Below are positions 11,325 through 26,984 of a stretch of 64,000 nt of DNA, piece after piece. Under the pieces are notes generated by a model. It saw only the letters and a program-made list of their open reading frames with translations. It made no database searches and had not been told where the DNA came from. Within the stretch, counting starts at the first letter, position 1. Every line of letters begins with the position of its first letter. Made by a program: the position numbers and the translations under genes. The DNA is from Trichoplax sp. H2 (Eukaryota), in NCBI GenBank assembly GCA_003344405.1, contig NOWV01000027.1, forward strand, positions 558,001-622,000, written 5' to 3'.

Positions 11325-14036
11325 GTTGAGTACGAAAACAGCAAATTTGCTAGTAATCTATCTTTCGATGTTTTCTCTTTTAATATCAAATGGAATGTAG
11401 TTGAATGGAAAGAGCAACAAGCCATTTTATACCTTCATTCTTATCACCTTGTTATCGAGACAAAAAAATAATAGTACAGTACCGGTACAGTTAGCCATGC
11501 CATCTAACACGTACCCCGAAAGATGCTTGAATTAATCTCTCTACCGCACTTTAGTGTCTACAATACAGTAGAATTATATAATTATAGAAGTTATTTATAA
11601 GCTACTGTATAAATTTGTTCCTTGATAATGAGGAAGTATTCCTTTATGTTCTGCTTTCATAATGACTTGCCAGTCTACTGTATAGCGCTAAGGACTTACA
11701 AATGTATAGGTAAATTTGGTTACTATGTATAGATGAAGCAGGGACTATTAAAGAAAGAGAGAGAGAGTTTTAGTAGTCTCTGGATGAAGATAGCTTTCAT
11801 TTTGCTACATTTTTGCATCTGGTGTCAGTTGTAGCGTTGCCTAGAAATGGCAGTCCACCTTGGATCACGTTAGCACGTTCAATATCTTTGTAACTATACG
11901 CTTTGCCATACCCCTAGCAGATAGGATGAATCGATAACTATAAATGTCCTTAATCGGGAAAACAGGAACTAAATTTACTGTTCACGTAATAACCATGAAA
12001 TCGGAGTTGATGATACTCGTATACACTTAACTGTTTACTGTGATAGGTAGTGATGCATAAACATGCAGTAGAGCAACATTACTGTAATTTAGTGCTCACC
12101 TACTGTACATGATCAACTGTCATTGACATATTTACCACAGAATAGGCAAAAAATGAGAGCGAGACTATTTCTTGAGTAGTCTGGTTTTACAGTATCTAGC
12201 TGCAAGGTGCTACTACAGCATAACAGCAGTGGTTACTACAATACCTCTAAAGGATTAAAGTATAGTACACCTGCTTACACCTATTCAATGAAATTGCCTT
12301 GTGGCATTACTGGAAAATCGTCTTTGTAAATAGCAGGCAAGTCAATACTGTTAAAATTCACGTTCTACTAGAAAAATTATATCATTTAGTCCTCAAGGGT
12401 AAATTAGGCGTACAATGTTGCCTCCTCAGAAGTAATTTTTAGTAAAAATAGGGACTTTTAAACAAGTAAGCGTTTGATATGGGCATGATGAATAACTGAC
12501 TAACCAATAGTAGAATCACAATAGTAGTACATTTATAAGAAGTACCTCGAATAGGATATTCTACTACGGTCGTAATTAGAATGCTGTAAACTATGTTTAT
12601 AAAAGGGCAATGAGAAAAAGAGTCTGTGCCAATTAGATTTAAAGCCGGAAGATTCGAAAGTTATCGACTCTTACGGTAGGAAATAAAATATTAATGTATT
12701 ATCTGCGTCTAAAAAAACTACTAGACATTTGATGGAATATTACAAATAAGCCCTAAGGATAGTTAACATTGTACGTTTATCCTAATAAGGCCATTTCTGT
12801 ATGAACGCGTGATGACAGTTAGGAATCTAATGTTGGTTAGACCTTCCACTTACTGTAATGGACTTTAAATTTCAGATTCTCAAATTAGCAAGTTTTAACT
12901 TAGGCAAAATAAAAGCTGACGGCGCTCGCCCTATACAATCGATTTGCAAATTATTTTTAGTGATTTATCATTGCCACTCGTGTGCACAAAACCGCATTCA
13001 TTTGTTAACTGCGTACGTAGGGCATGTTATTTATCTAATGCTATTGCATCCCTAGTCATAGTTTAAACTGAAACTGCTACGTTGGATGATCTTCATAAAA
13101 GTATTTACTGCTTTAGCTTGCTAACACTGATCGATCGCAAATAATTGAATAATTTATTCGCATATATACATGAGCAGGCTCAGAAGCGCCAAAATAAGGT
13201 ATATTTATCTTTGACCTCCTTATAGATATAGAGCGCTCGCAATAAAGGAGAAAAAATTTATACGGCAAGCTGCGAATGCCATATTCATTCATTAAGGGAA
13301 AACACATCCTATTAAATACCGGTAGTCAATAGTTACAAGGCCTAGGAAATTGGATTTACAAAGATGATTTTATGAAGGAACTATATTATGAAAACTTTCT
13401 ACGTTAATATGTCATTTTCAAAATTATTAACGTTAGGTACTCCACCAGTAATGTTATGCAAGCACTACAGTAATTAATTAGAGGTTTCAGTAATGATGAT
13501 CAATCATTACATTTGCCGGAAAACGCCTTAAGCAAGCGATTTCTGATAGAAAAATATAAATTTCCTAAAGCCAAGACCCATTCAGGTGATTAATGGAAGA
13601 CCATGAGGTATTTTTTCATTATTGTATTGCAAAGTACAATCTTATTCTTTAAAAAATGCAAAAATTCGAGCATTGCACCTCCGCATTTTACGGGTATACG
13701 CCTAACATAGACTCTAATTGCCTATACAAGTACTAGCTAACGGAAAATTGTAAGCGGTAAGGGCAATGTACATTACTAGATTGTTATGCTGACAATAATT
13801 TCTCTGCCTGCCATCAGTAAGAATGATGACTTTCTTCAAGTTATGCAATTTATTTATTGATTAGTGATGCGTCTAATGTAAAAATTTTATTCAAAATCCA
13901 TAGCAATTGTTAATGAGGTAAGGAAATTGTATAACAGTCATAAATATGTATACGAAACTTTGCAAATCTAGAAAAGTATTCCTAGAAATGTTTTTATTCT
14001 GCAAATGATAAACACTACATTCCTTTCCATTAATCC

Positions 14037-17019
14037 TCATTCGTTGTTTTGGTTATAGATATAAGCGTACTTAGAATTCTTTTCAGGCCTCTGGTATTGA
14101 TTCCATCGATGCGTAGTCAGCAACAGCCTAAATTATTTAAATAAGTAAATAGTTAAAACTTGATTGAGACAATAATTCAGTTACAATAACAGTTGCCTAG
14201 AGGGTATGTAAATAGTATTTGAATCAAGAGTTCGCTTATAATTATTGTTAGTAACTAAGAATGGCGAAAAAATGACAAAGAAATAAAAAATTGGATCTTA
14301 GTAAAAGTCCGATGGATACAGCCGTTACTAAAATAAATAAATTTGTCTCCTCTTACCAATTAGTAAAGCTTGGTAAATATTGAAAGATGTACATGTATAT
14401 TAGCCAGCCTCGTTCACCAATCCAAACTTCGTCTACTTCATTCACGATTGCGGTCAAAATCAGGCTTACACATCTATCCATTGATTGTTTACGAAATATT
14501 CCTAATCTTCGTTTATCCTTATTTAAATCCTATAAAAATTTTAAGATAAGTAAAGCATTCCTTTTATATTTTCCATGTTACATAATTACAGTATAATGTA
14601 TAAATGTAGTATAGAAATAGAACATTATTATTATACCTCCACATTTTCCACGTACATAGAATTAACATAATGGGCATTTTTGATGGGACCAATATAAATA
14701 TTGCTTATCTTGATGTCTGTATCAGCGGCTAATTCAAAACGCAAAGCCTCAAGAAACCCCTGGGTTATAATTTTAAGATTAGATGAATAAACTTTAGCAT
14801 CGAAGTAATTGCTGGATTAGGTGTAGTACTGCAGAAACTCTAAAAATTTCTAGAAAGCTGTAGGTTCTCTAACATGCAATGTTTGGCTTCTATAAATACG
14901 CATATTGCGCTTTTATTCTAAAATAAACAAATATGCCAGTTCAACCTACTTGTGTGGCTTTACTGCTAGCACTACAACTTGAGCTAAGCGGCATTCCTGT
15001 AAAAAAGTAGAATAAAGTGATCGCAAAGGCATTTATACATTCGTAATTCTGCGTATGAATAATTGTATATTAAGTCTTATGAAATTGGATGATAAGATTA
15101 TCGAACTTGCGGATTTATATAGATTTATGCTTTCTTAATGTAATCAAATTTTATGCGGATTTATTTACTTTGTAATATCGTTGACGTTACATATCTTAAA
15201 GTAAAACTCGAGAAATTACAGCACAATCATCTACTAGAATTATATCATTCTATGGTTCTCAATGGATTCACTGTAATCTAAAAATACTCGATTTCGCTGT
15301 TTCAAAACCTACCATTGTAAAAAATACTTTTTTAAACTCATCGCTATAAATGAATTTAATGAAACTGGTAATATACTGTATGTCATTAAGTTGGTATAGT
15401 ACATTTATGATCACTTATTACCTCTTTTCCCCTCCAATCCACTAATGTAGATGATTTGGCCTTTGGCATTGGCTTTCATATCATTCATAATTACGGCTTT
15501 AATGAGGGAAATTGTACCCAAAGTGTTTAAATGTAAAGCAGAACGGTCCACTTCTAAGCTTGTATCCAACGCTAGAGCACACTGGCCACGACCAGCGCAA
15601 TTGATTAGGATATCAATCTAGAGATAAAATGAATATTGTTTTACTCCAGATGATATTCAATAAAAGTTTGCTCCTCGTTCAGATTTCATCACAACTACAA
15701 GCGTATATACTATGCATATCATACAATTTATGTTACACAGTGCAGTGACGACTTCAGTAATGTGCAGCTAGTTTCCTAAATAAATTGTAATAAGTAACAT
15801 GCAAAAATAAGCTATAAGGTTCACTATTTGCTTAGTTTTAGTCATTTAATAAGATTCACAGTAATCCTACGTATCAATAATACCAGTTACTGGATTACAT
15901 ATCATGTCAGAAAGTTTATTTAATGAGCTAAAGTAGATAATTGTGTATACAATGACGCATAGTATAAAGCTGCTCTAACCAATTTAAGCTTTACGGTAGA
16001 GCTTAATGCCAACTTAATATGGTAATGCTCGTGCACTATCTAATATTAAGTTAAATATGAATCATCCTAGATTTTTCGGGCGTCTAATGTATCAGTAATA
16101 TCATTTAATAATCCTATATATACTCGTATTTAATGTATCTTTAATACTTTACATAATACCTCCGTGGCAAAGCAATACTTATAAAAAGAATTATGTATGA
16201 CGTGCTCTCAAAATTTAAAATCGAACAATAAAAATCACCTTATCGAATTTCTGAGCAACACTCCAAGCTAAACCATCATGAGTTTCGTAGTCTCTCAGGT
16301 CCATGTGTACCACATATATGTCATCAGATTTCTGACCTAGTGCTACATAACATTAAAACTAAACTTAAAATAATGTATAAGCGTAGATACGATACTCTAG
16401 TTGATAATGTTGAGTTTTACTTAGACGGTACGTTTATCGCAAATATAAGTGATATTTAATAAACTCGAAATGGGACTGCTGTCGCGCACTCAACCTTGCC
16501 TAGTACTATCAACTTGATGTATCCTACCAAATATATAACAAATACGTGAACTTATAAGTAGGTTTCATAGCTTACGAATATCCTCTAACTGATAACAAAG
16601 CTATTGCATGTTAAAATCTTGTCGTTCTTGTAAACATATATATACAGGTACAGTATCTATATACATAGGATCCGTTTTGACTAAACTACTGTAAGTATAT
16701 CAAGTATAATTTTGAGATAGCTGATGAAATTACCTATACATCGAGATTTTACTTTTTCTAGCTCCTCTCTTCTTCTTGAAGATAAGACAATTTTAGCTCC
16801 AAGGCGTTTTCGACAAATTAAATAAGCTAGATTTTCTCCGATACCGCTGCTAGCTCCTGTAATCCAAATTACCTTGCCGAATAAACTGGTTCTGAAACGT
16901 CCATACTTTTCGTACATTAAAATATTGAGATCAGCATCTGCCAGAAATAAACGAACCAATTGAACAATCGCAATTAAGATACTGCATAGTCCAATTTGAT
17001 AAAGAATAGATGACAGCAT
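14037..17019 (-). CDS. DHRS7: DHRS7-like short-chain dehydrogenase/reductase, 339 aa, with N-terminal membrane anchor and degenerate catalytic residues. Exons 17019-16734, 16342-16239, 15617-15422, 14996-14950, 14759-14637, 14529-14357, 14127-14037.
   Basis: Contains ADADL, GKVIWITGASSGIGENLAY, LSSRRREELEKVK, IDILINCAG, LNTLGTISL, GFLEALRFEL and EVDEVWIG. The frame is open across seven GT-AG-spliced exons. Confidence 0.88.
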
Positions 17020-19213
17020 GAATATTAAAAAGCTATTTGCTTGAATTGTGCTCAGAAGGCCTTCGATACTATAAGTAAGGTGTAGGCTCGGTAGATATTA
17101 GAATTTCGGGGCGTAATTGCTGCTAGCTTATAAAAACTCTCACAATTGCTCTATGTGTACTAGCTTGATCAATATAATTGTGTACAATAGTTCATTGAGA
17201 GCTACTGATAGGGTAACTTATTGTACGAATTTGCTGGATGAATAAGTAGAAACGTTGCCTGTCGAAGTTTAAGGAAGTCTTTTCTCTAGAGACTTCAGCC
17301 CTGACAACAATAACTATCTGCTACTGCTAGCTTGGATAATAAAATAGACTGAATTCTAAGTGTACTAATTCATATTAAAAATTGTACTTAAAGAGAGTAC
17401 AGTACATATTGGCGAACTTCATTCAAATGTTTATTTATTTTAAAGATAAATACAACGTGAATGACTAATATTGATAATGATGAATAAATTACGATCACTA
17501 TCAAAAATCTTGATCTAAGACATAAGAGTAGTAAATCTTATATATGTATATGTATATAATGACAACATGTTTTAAATTAAAATTAATTAATTCATGGATA
17601 AAACATGTAAAGAGTGAGTGCTAGTACTGTAATTATAAGAGAGTATGCAATACTGCATTGTACGAGTATATTAGTTATGATCTTAGTCATATATGTTAAT
17701 CAGTACTGTAACACATACAGTGGAGTCTAGTACATATTTCACGCTCTAATTGGATTATACTCATTAAAATCAATTTGTAAACTATATATACTTTTAACAC
17801 GATGTAAATATAGACTGTATATTATTATTAAAAATACGTCATAATAGGAATACATTTATTATAAGAGTAGGTGCTCATACTTTAACAGTTAATCCTTTAA
17901 TAAAAGAACTGTATCCCCGTTTTGATAATATCAATGTTGGCATCATACGTATGATATACAATCTAATTTTCGGTAAGTTCTCTTAAGTTAAGAGCTCTAA
18001 TTAAAAGTTGTAAGCATATCTGGATACCTGTTCGTATATTTTGCAGTCGTTTTTAAACTGAATTTTGATCAACATTTGCTGAGATTCTTGTGAATTTTTT
18101 GCATCAATTTTTATTAACAATAAATAAAACGTTAGCTGGAGTCATCAGACGCTTAGTTAGCGAATAGATGATAACAAGCGTTGTCTTCACAAAAGAAATA
18201 AATCACTCATTGCTTACAGTAAATATATTAATAAATCTGTCAACTTAGTTCGATAATTTCTAATATTTTTACTTGCTCTATCTTGCTTGATAAGGCAAAT
18301 ATTATCGAACCTATTTAAAGAAGAGCCTTTGAATTGGTATTCTTTATATAAGTAGTTAAGAAACAGGTTTGATTTCTATAAATTTGTAAACATTACATTT
18401 ATATATAGATATATATGTATATCCAGAAAGTAGCGATACGCTATTGTTAAAAGTTCGGCTGATAGCATCAAAATTGTATAAACTATAAAGAGTAATAAAT
18501 TAATCGTATTGATACAAAACATGAAAGATTTAACTATGAGTAAATTAGTGTTGAACACATTACCATGCGTTTAACAGAAGAGCTTGACGTTAGCACTTAT
18601 AAATAAAATAAAAGATTTTCGATGCGCGAGGTAAACTTGATACAGATGTAGTAATCAATATGTTTCAGCTTCTTATGCAATTAATTACAGGTTTACAGTC
18701 ATTTATAGCTGAAATGAAAACTTAAGTCTATGAAGGTTGCAAACACGCAAGCTTAATAGGCTATCATCAGATAAAATTTGTAGCGTTGATTCCCGTCTAA
18801 TCATGTTACTTCGATTAGATGTATTTAGCGCAAACTTTATATATGTATGCTATGACATGAGATTTACTTAACCAGCATAAAAATTTCAATAAGTAGCATT
18901 ATTACATTACACTCGAAGGCTTAAAAAGGCCTAACAACCAAAGTAGCCAAATCCATTTAACGTGGCACGTATGTAATATACGTATATTAATTTTGTATGT
19001 GTGTATAATAGTAGTTATACTATAGGAGGGTGGGATTATTTAGGTATACTCATATCCGTCATGATAAAAATCTGTTATATTGATTACAATATGTCAATAT
19101 CATCGAGCACGTACATTTTTAACGTAGACATTTCTAAACTTTGCGTTTTAATCAAATTTGGTTACGAGCTATTTGTAAAGCAAGCGACAGTTGACCAACA
19201 ATTTAATTTGCTT

Positions 19214-20318
<1,105 letters not shown>

Positions 20319-20699
20319 CGCTGCTAAATTTCCTGTCCTGTTTTGTATTATAGAAACTTGGGAGGGATCAATGATAGGCAAATGGAGCTTCCGTACTGTA
20401 TATCTATATCAGCTGATTCCTAGTTTTACGATCAACCGTGGGTGCAAACGAATGACGTACTTTAACGGTATTTGACTGTAATGGAGATGAAGCGTTCAGT
20501 ATTGAAATGCTCATACAGTCTTTGTTGCAAATTTACTTTAATAGGGATGATTAGGATAGTCAAGTATTAGAATCAATGCCGTTTGTAGAATTATAATGGT
20601 TGTACTATTAGCTTTCAAAGATATTTTGAAAGATTCCAATTTTTCAACTCCAACTGTGGCGGAGTACACTACTAAATCATAGTAGACGACTAGGAGTCA

Positions 20700-21150
20700 A
20701 CTAGTGCTGCTCGCTACCAATCCAATCGCAGACCAAGGGATGTGATGACTCACTAACTCATGACGTGATGACAACATGACGAACATGATGACGATTCACC
20801 ACAGTGTCAATACAGTTGTCAGTACACCTCAATATGGATGAAGCGGAATGACGCTTGAATGTACTGTACACTGAGTGTACAGTATATTGTGTACAAACAG
20901 TTTATTATTGTCTCATTGACGAGCAAGAGTAATGTCGTATTACCGAGGAAAAATAGAAATAAAATTCTATGGATACCGGTGACATCATAGTGACATTCTA
21001 TTATACGCACGATTCTGTCAGTGAGTACTGTACACTGTACAGTATCGTACCGCTAAGTGTGAACGTGTGAACGTAAATCATTGACCAACTTGGTAAACAA
21101 CAACGATCTCTTCCAGTCCATTCTCTCTCACACTGTACGCGTACTTAGTC
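20700..21150. promoter_or_regulatory. Divergent FAM177/ACOXL promoter with CCAAT boxes, a cluster of bZIP (TGAC) sites and TACTGTACA tracts
   Basis: ccaatccaatc near 20717; TGACTCA, ATGACGTG and further ATGAC half-sites at 20743-20800; tactgtaca motifs at 20862-20885 and 21024-21045. Confidence 0.55.
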
Positions 21151-21326
21151 TTCATTGAAAAAATAGTGGATTTAAAATTGGGTTACAAGTTGAATTAATT
21201 GCTGTTTCATAGTCGTCATCATTAATAACTAGGCTCAAAGTATATATTCACTTTGAGATAGAAGATCAATTAGATTGAAATTGGTCTACAATTGACAATT
21301 TTCACTACAATCTAACGCATACAACG

Positions 21327-24300
21327 ATGGCTGACGTCAGTGAAATTAGTCCTCGCGATCGAGCAATGACTATCCAAGCTAAGAATCAGCAGCCTCCGGT
21401 AGTAACGCTGTTATCGAAATATCTCGATGGTGAATATCATCCATTAAAAGAGGATTTAAGGCAATTTATTCGCAACAATAAATTATTTAATATGGAGTAA
21501 GTCCAAAACCTTTTTATGTCTACTACCAACTTCATCTGACTAATTCATTCAATCATACGTACGCATAATTTACAGTAATGATATTTCTACGTATAGACGT
21601 TCTGTATAGTATAATATGGCATCCTACGCTACTATACTATAGTAGTACTACTACCCCGCTAAAGGGGTCTTTGCAATCTCTTAACAAGTCTTCTTCAAGG
21701 TATAACCTATACAGTTATACTGTACTTGGTAACGTATGGCCAGTTAAAACCTATCGCTAATAATGAAATTTTAAAGTGAAAGTATGGACCAATTTTTAGT
21801 GCTTTTGTATACACATTATTCTACATCTTGTAATATTTACTTTATCGTTATAAAACATCGATCGAATAAGTTAGCAAGTACATACAGTACTTCACTCGTA
21901 TACTGTACCTTCAATATACCTAAATGCGCGTACACCCATAATATACAATGACTATATTGCGCTTGAAATAGCGTCATCAATAATAATAATCTCTCGTATA
22001 TTGCAGATACAGCAATTTAAACCTGCAGGAACAACGATATCTTGCCCACGAAAGAGCTAAAGCAATACTCAGGCATCCTAAATGTAAAAATCAACTTGAT
22101 GAACAGGTACCAACATACTAGTAGAAGAACCATATTACTAAGCATTCCGTTTCCATGTACTTAATTAATTAGTAAAGTCCGGATTTACTCTAAATGAAGA
22201 AGCTTCTATACTGTAGTGAACATTTGTTATAATATCACACAGAATAGAAAGTCATGGTACTGTATTACTATATTTCTTGAATACTTATGTCATCAATATG
22301 ATACGATATTTCCTCGTAGGTTAGAGGCAGTCTGGATTTTATGAAGAAAAATTTAATACTGGGTGAAGTATTTGCCTTTGTCGACCCTTCGACTAATGTC
22401 AAGGTATTAAACGGTGATTTTTATTAGTTCTATATTTATTTATCATAGCTTTGATCTTTACAGAATAACAGTATTCACCATAAAAGTATGATAATAAAAC
22501 TACGATATACTAGCAATGATAATGCTTGATTGATAAAGTAGTTGAACGGTATTGATTTCGTAAAGTACGCTAAAAAATTCACGTGATATTCGTTAACTTT
22601 TTAAGCTTGGTGTCATGGTGTTTCTTTTTGGAGGTGCTATTATCAACCTAGGTAGCGCGGCTCAAGTACAAAAGTGGCTTGGTCCTTTAAAGGTACATTA
22701 ACATATCTTTGTGGCTAGGTCTTACCAACCGAATTTAAATTCCATTGGGTTACCTTACTTACATAGAATAGATGGAAATTATAATTCAGATTAAGCATAT
22801 TGCTATACATTGTATATTTACATTATTATGGTATCTCTTTTGTAAATCCTATGATGATTCTAGTCGCTAACGGTACAATTGTACTTTAAGACCATATGTT
22901 GTAAAACACTGCAAATTTTAAATTCCTAGACTATCTTATTGATAATGCATTAATTAATAATAATCTCATTTCGTAGATGATGATAAGCTATTCTATATAC
23001 AAATTAAGGTAACTATGTACACTAAATCTATTTTCGAAACCCTAACTTGCGTAGGACCTACAATATACTGGTATGTTTGCTATGACCGAACGTGGGCATG
23101 GCAGTAACGTCCGTTGTATAGAAACTGAAGCTACCTATAATATAGAGAATGAGGTAATTTTGACCTATACCATTATAATCAACTAGCTATGAATGTTGCA
23201 TAACACATTTGCGTATGTCCATTTACGAAATTTCTTATCTATCTACTTTAACGTTGCTTTTATTAATAATGAACAATTTTAATGCAGGAATTTATCATCA
23301 ATACACCGACAAGAAGCGCTCAGAAAATGTTTATTGGAAATGGATTACACGGAGAATATGCAATAGTTTTTGCTCAGCTGATACTTCATAATAAATCGAA
23401 AGGTTAATAATTTATCTTAAATCGTTATAATCACAATGCGGCTGTATAGTATGATTGCAGGGTAATAACTTCAAAATATCGTAAGATTGAATAACTAAGT
23501 TTCAACTTTCATCAAGATATTGATATTGTCACCATTTCACTTTGTATTGCAAATTTGTTAGAAATGTTTGGTATACTTATTTTGCCACATCTTTGAAGTA
23601 CGTTTGTATTTTGTCGAAAACTCTTTAGGTCCTCATGCATTCATTGTTCCCATTAGGAATGAGAATGGTCTATACCCGGGAGTAACTGTTGTTGATCTCG
23701 GATTGAAAGAAGGTTGTTACCAGAAACTTTTATCGTCAGCTATCTTGTTGCGTATTCGTGTATATATACAAGTTTTATGTTTACTTTCTTATTTACAATT
23801 TACAAATAATGAATTTATTAATGTACTATCAGCAAACCTCAATTGGCATATCTGTATTCTATTAAGTGCATCGATATGCTGCTGATTTTTTTATTTTAAT
23901 CATGACGTAGCTAAAATGATGTACCGAATATAAAGTCGTATAATTACATTCAAATACGATATTGCAAAGTGATAAGAAATATAACATGTTCCTGTAACTT
24001 ATCAATATATCTAGGAATGAATGGCGTAGACAATTGTCTCCTTTCTTTTGATCACGTTCGGATTCCCCGAGAACATTTACTTAATAAGTAAATCCTATCT
24101 AGTTTAGATACTTTTGATGTTTGTCATTTTTGCTTTTAGTTTTTTATTGCGGAAGAATATATATATATATATGTATTGATTGTAACTAATGATTAACCCT
24201 TTTTCGGCTTTGCTAATCAGATACGCTGATGTCCTTCCAAACGGTAGCTATGTCACTGATATCCTTAAAGATTCTACTCGTTTTAACATCATGTTAGCTG

Positions 24301-26984
24301 CTTTAATTGGTACTCGCTTAGCTGTTGCCAATCATTCTACTGCATGTATGAGTGTAAGTGCGAGATTGTATCTATTAGCTATTGATATGCCTAAACATAA
24401 GCATACAAAACTAAGAACTTTATATTTTATCGTTTGGTTTCGACATGGATTCGAACGCCATTATCTTACTTTCTTCAATTGATTAGACTGTACACCATGC
24501 TTACTTGATATTATATTACTTTGCAAGATAAAATTTTTTCATGTTAATTCAATAACTAGTTTGATAGATATTAAAATGTCAGTTATTCGAATTTTAGCTC
24601 TGTCAACTTAATGTAAAAATTGAAATAGGTAGCATTTCTAGATTTTATAAAATATCATAGCTAAATAGTATTTATTGTCACTGCACAGGTTGGATTAACA
24701 ATTGCCATACGCTATGCTCATAGGTACAGTATTTATTTATAGATCGTAGTGATTACCAATTTAACTTCGTAAACCGTTATGATGTGACTAAATTTTATCT
24801 TGGTAAGTATAGTCGGCTGCAGTTTGGACCTAGCAATAAACAAGAAATGTCTATTATGTCCTATCAAACACACCAAATACGTTTGATGCCACTTCTTGCC
24901 AAGTACTTGTCATTGTACTTTACTGGCAGGTCTGTTCTTCTTTATGCTGATGCCAACTTTAACGTTCATTACGAAAATAGAAAAGACTTAATGTCATTTA
25001 TTTTAGACAAGTCGCTTCCTTAGTCGATGATCATCAGACTAGTGGAGGTAGTATCGCTACGAATCGCGAAATTCAAGCACTTGCGTCTGGAATAAAAGCA
25101 TACGCTTCTTGGGCTTGTGTTCAAACTATGCAAATTTGTCGCGAATGTACTGGAGGACAGGTTAAGAGAAGTAGTTAAGCTTAATATTTAATTTTGTACA
25201 AAAAGAGTACGCGTGCGGTAGATCAGTTGTAATGCAACAGTCGTATATACTATAATTAATATAGGGATATATGGCTGAGAATAGAATTGCCGGCCTGAAG
25301 GGTGACGTGGACGTTTTTGTAACCTATGAAGGCGATAATACTATATTGCTTCAGGTAATCAAACATGCAAGTTTCCGGCGTTTTGAATTTGCAGTGTTCT
25401 AAAATCTTAAATGCGCAAGTTTTTCACTATTACAACACTTTAATGTAACAGTCGAATAGGTAATCTATAATACAGCAGTAAGAAGAAATTGTATGATCCA
25501 AAAATGTCGTTATGCCATTTCCTCAATTTTTTTGTGGTAAATATTTTATATCAGCAAGTAGCCAAGGAACTCCTTGTCCAATATAGAAAAGAATATACGA
25601 AAGGCAAATTTTCCGGGATGTTATCATTCCTCACTAAAGCAATCGTTGTATCGCTCCAAACAAGGTTTTGAACATATTTTCTGAATTAAATTTTAGTATA
25701 GGACTGCTGTACAACTATATCATGGAATTAAAATTAATCTTGATATTTGTTTCATGCGTAAATGCAATTTACTGAAGTTTGTATCAAACTGTAGTTCCTT
25801 AATTCCACGGATGCATAGTATTACCAGCTATACATTTCAGACGAATGCTTTGGAGTTTAGGGAAGCAAGATTGTTACAGACATTAGCCTCTCGACTAGCG
25901 AATAAGGTTTTGAGCTTTTAATATCATGCTTTACAATTCATTACACTGTATATGATATCAACTAAATAGATTCTATCTTGAATCAATTCAGAGTTAATTA
26001 GTGCAATTATGATACTTTCTTAGGTACAGAAAAACGGCATGGACTCGTTCATGGCATGGAATGAATGTTTACATCATTTGAATGCGCTAGCTATGTCTCA
26101 CGTTGAAAGGGGTATGCGTAGTTTGCATAATAATAATACAAAAATTTATTTCCTTTGATTATTTATCTGCATGCCATGTATTCAAGACATAATATGTCAT
26201 AATTTTAGACCACGTGATAATGTTTAAGTAACAAAATGATTCAACGACGCATATACGTAGTGAACTTATTGTATATGTCTCAATGCTATTCCCACTGATA
26301 TAATACGATCTTTTAATTTTAGTTTGTTACGAGCAGTTTGTAATAGCCGTAAAGCAATGTCCCTACCCTGGTCCACGATCCATGCTTGCCAAGGTATTAA
26401 AGCGAGTTCTTAGATAATTTACGTGCCCCATTTACACTTAATCACGATACGAATTTGTCTGTCTAAGATGTAATTTGGTATATCTCTATCCATGAGTCAA
26501 TTATGATATAATCTAACAAGCGTTTTATGTGATATTGATATAGTGTTGCAAGCTCTACGGACTAAACTGCATTTACAGTGATCGAGGGTGGTACTTAGAA
26601 GAATCTTTTATAAATGCTAAAATGGCAAAATGTATTAGAACTGAGGTAGAGAATACTATAAAAACCACATTTTATTACTGTTTTAATATATTTATTTCAG
26701 GATATAATCGTAGCTTGAGTGAACAATAAATGGCTCGTCTGCATAAATTATAAACAGTTATATACAGATACAGACGGTAAATTTATCATATTTCTCTACG
26801 CAACAAGGTATTGAAGCTATGTAAAGAAACTGCTGAATTTTCGTTGGAAATTGTAAATTCCTTAAGAATTCCTGATAACTGTATTCATGCACCTATCGCT
26901 GGCATCGGTCATGATAATACTTCTTGGCTTTTTGCTCCTGGTGCCGACAGCAATACGGACATAAGAATGAAATCGAAATTGTAG
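21327..26984 (+). CDS. ACOXL: Peroxisomal acyl-CoA oxidase-like protein (ACOXL clade), 19 exons, C-terminal PTS1 -SKL
   Basis: [11 protein letters not shown]...[24 protein letters not shown] (ACOXL-type), [44 protein letters not shown] (catalytic Glu) and ...HAPIAG...MKSKL*. All introns are GT-AG. Confidence 0.9.
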
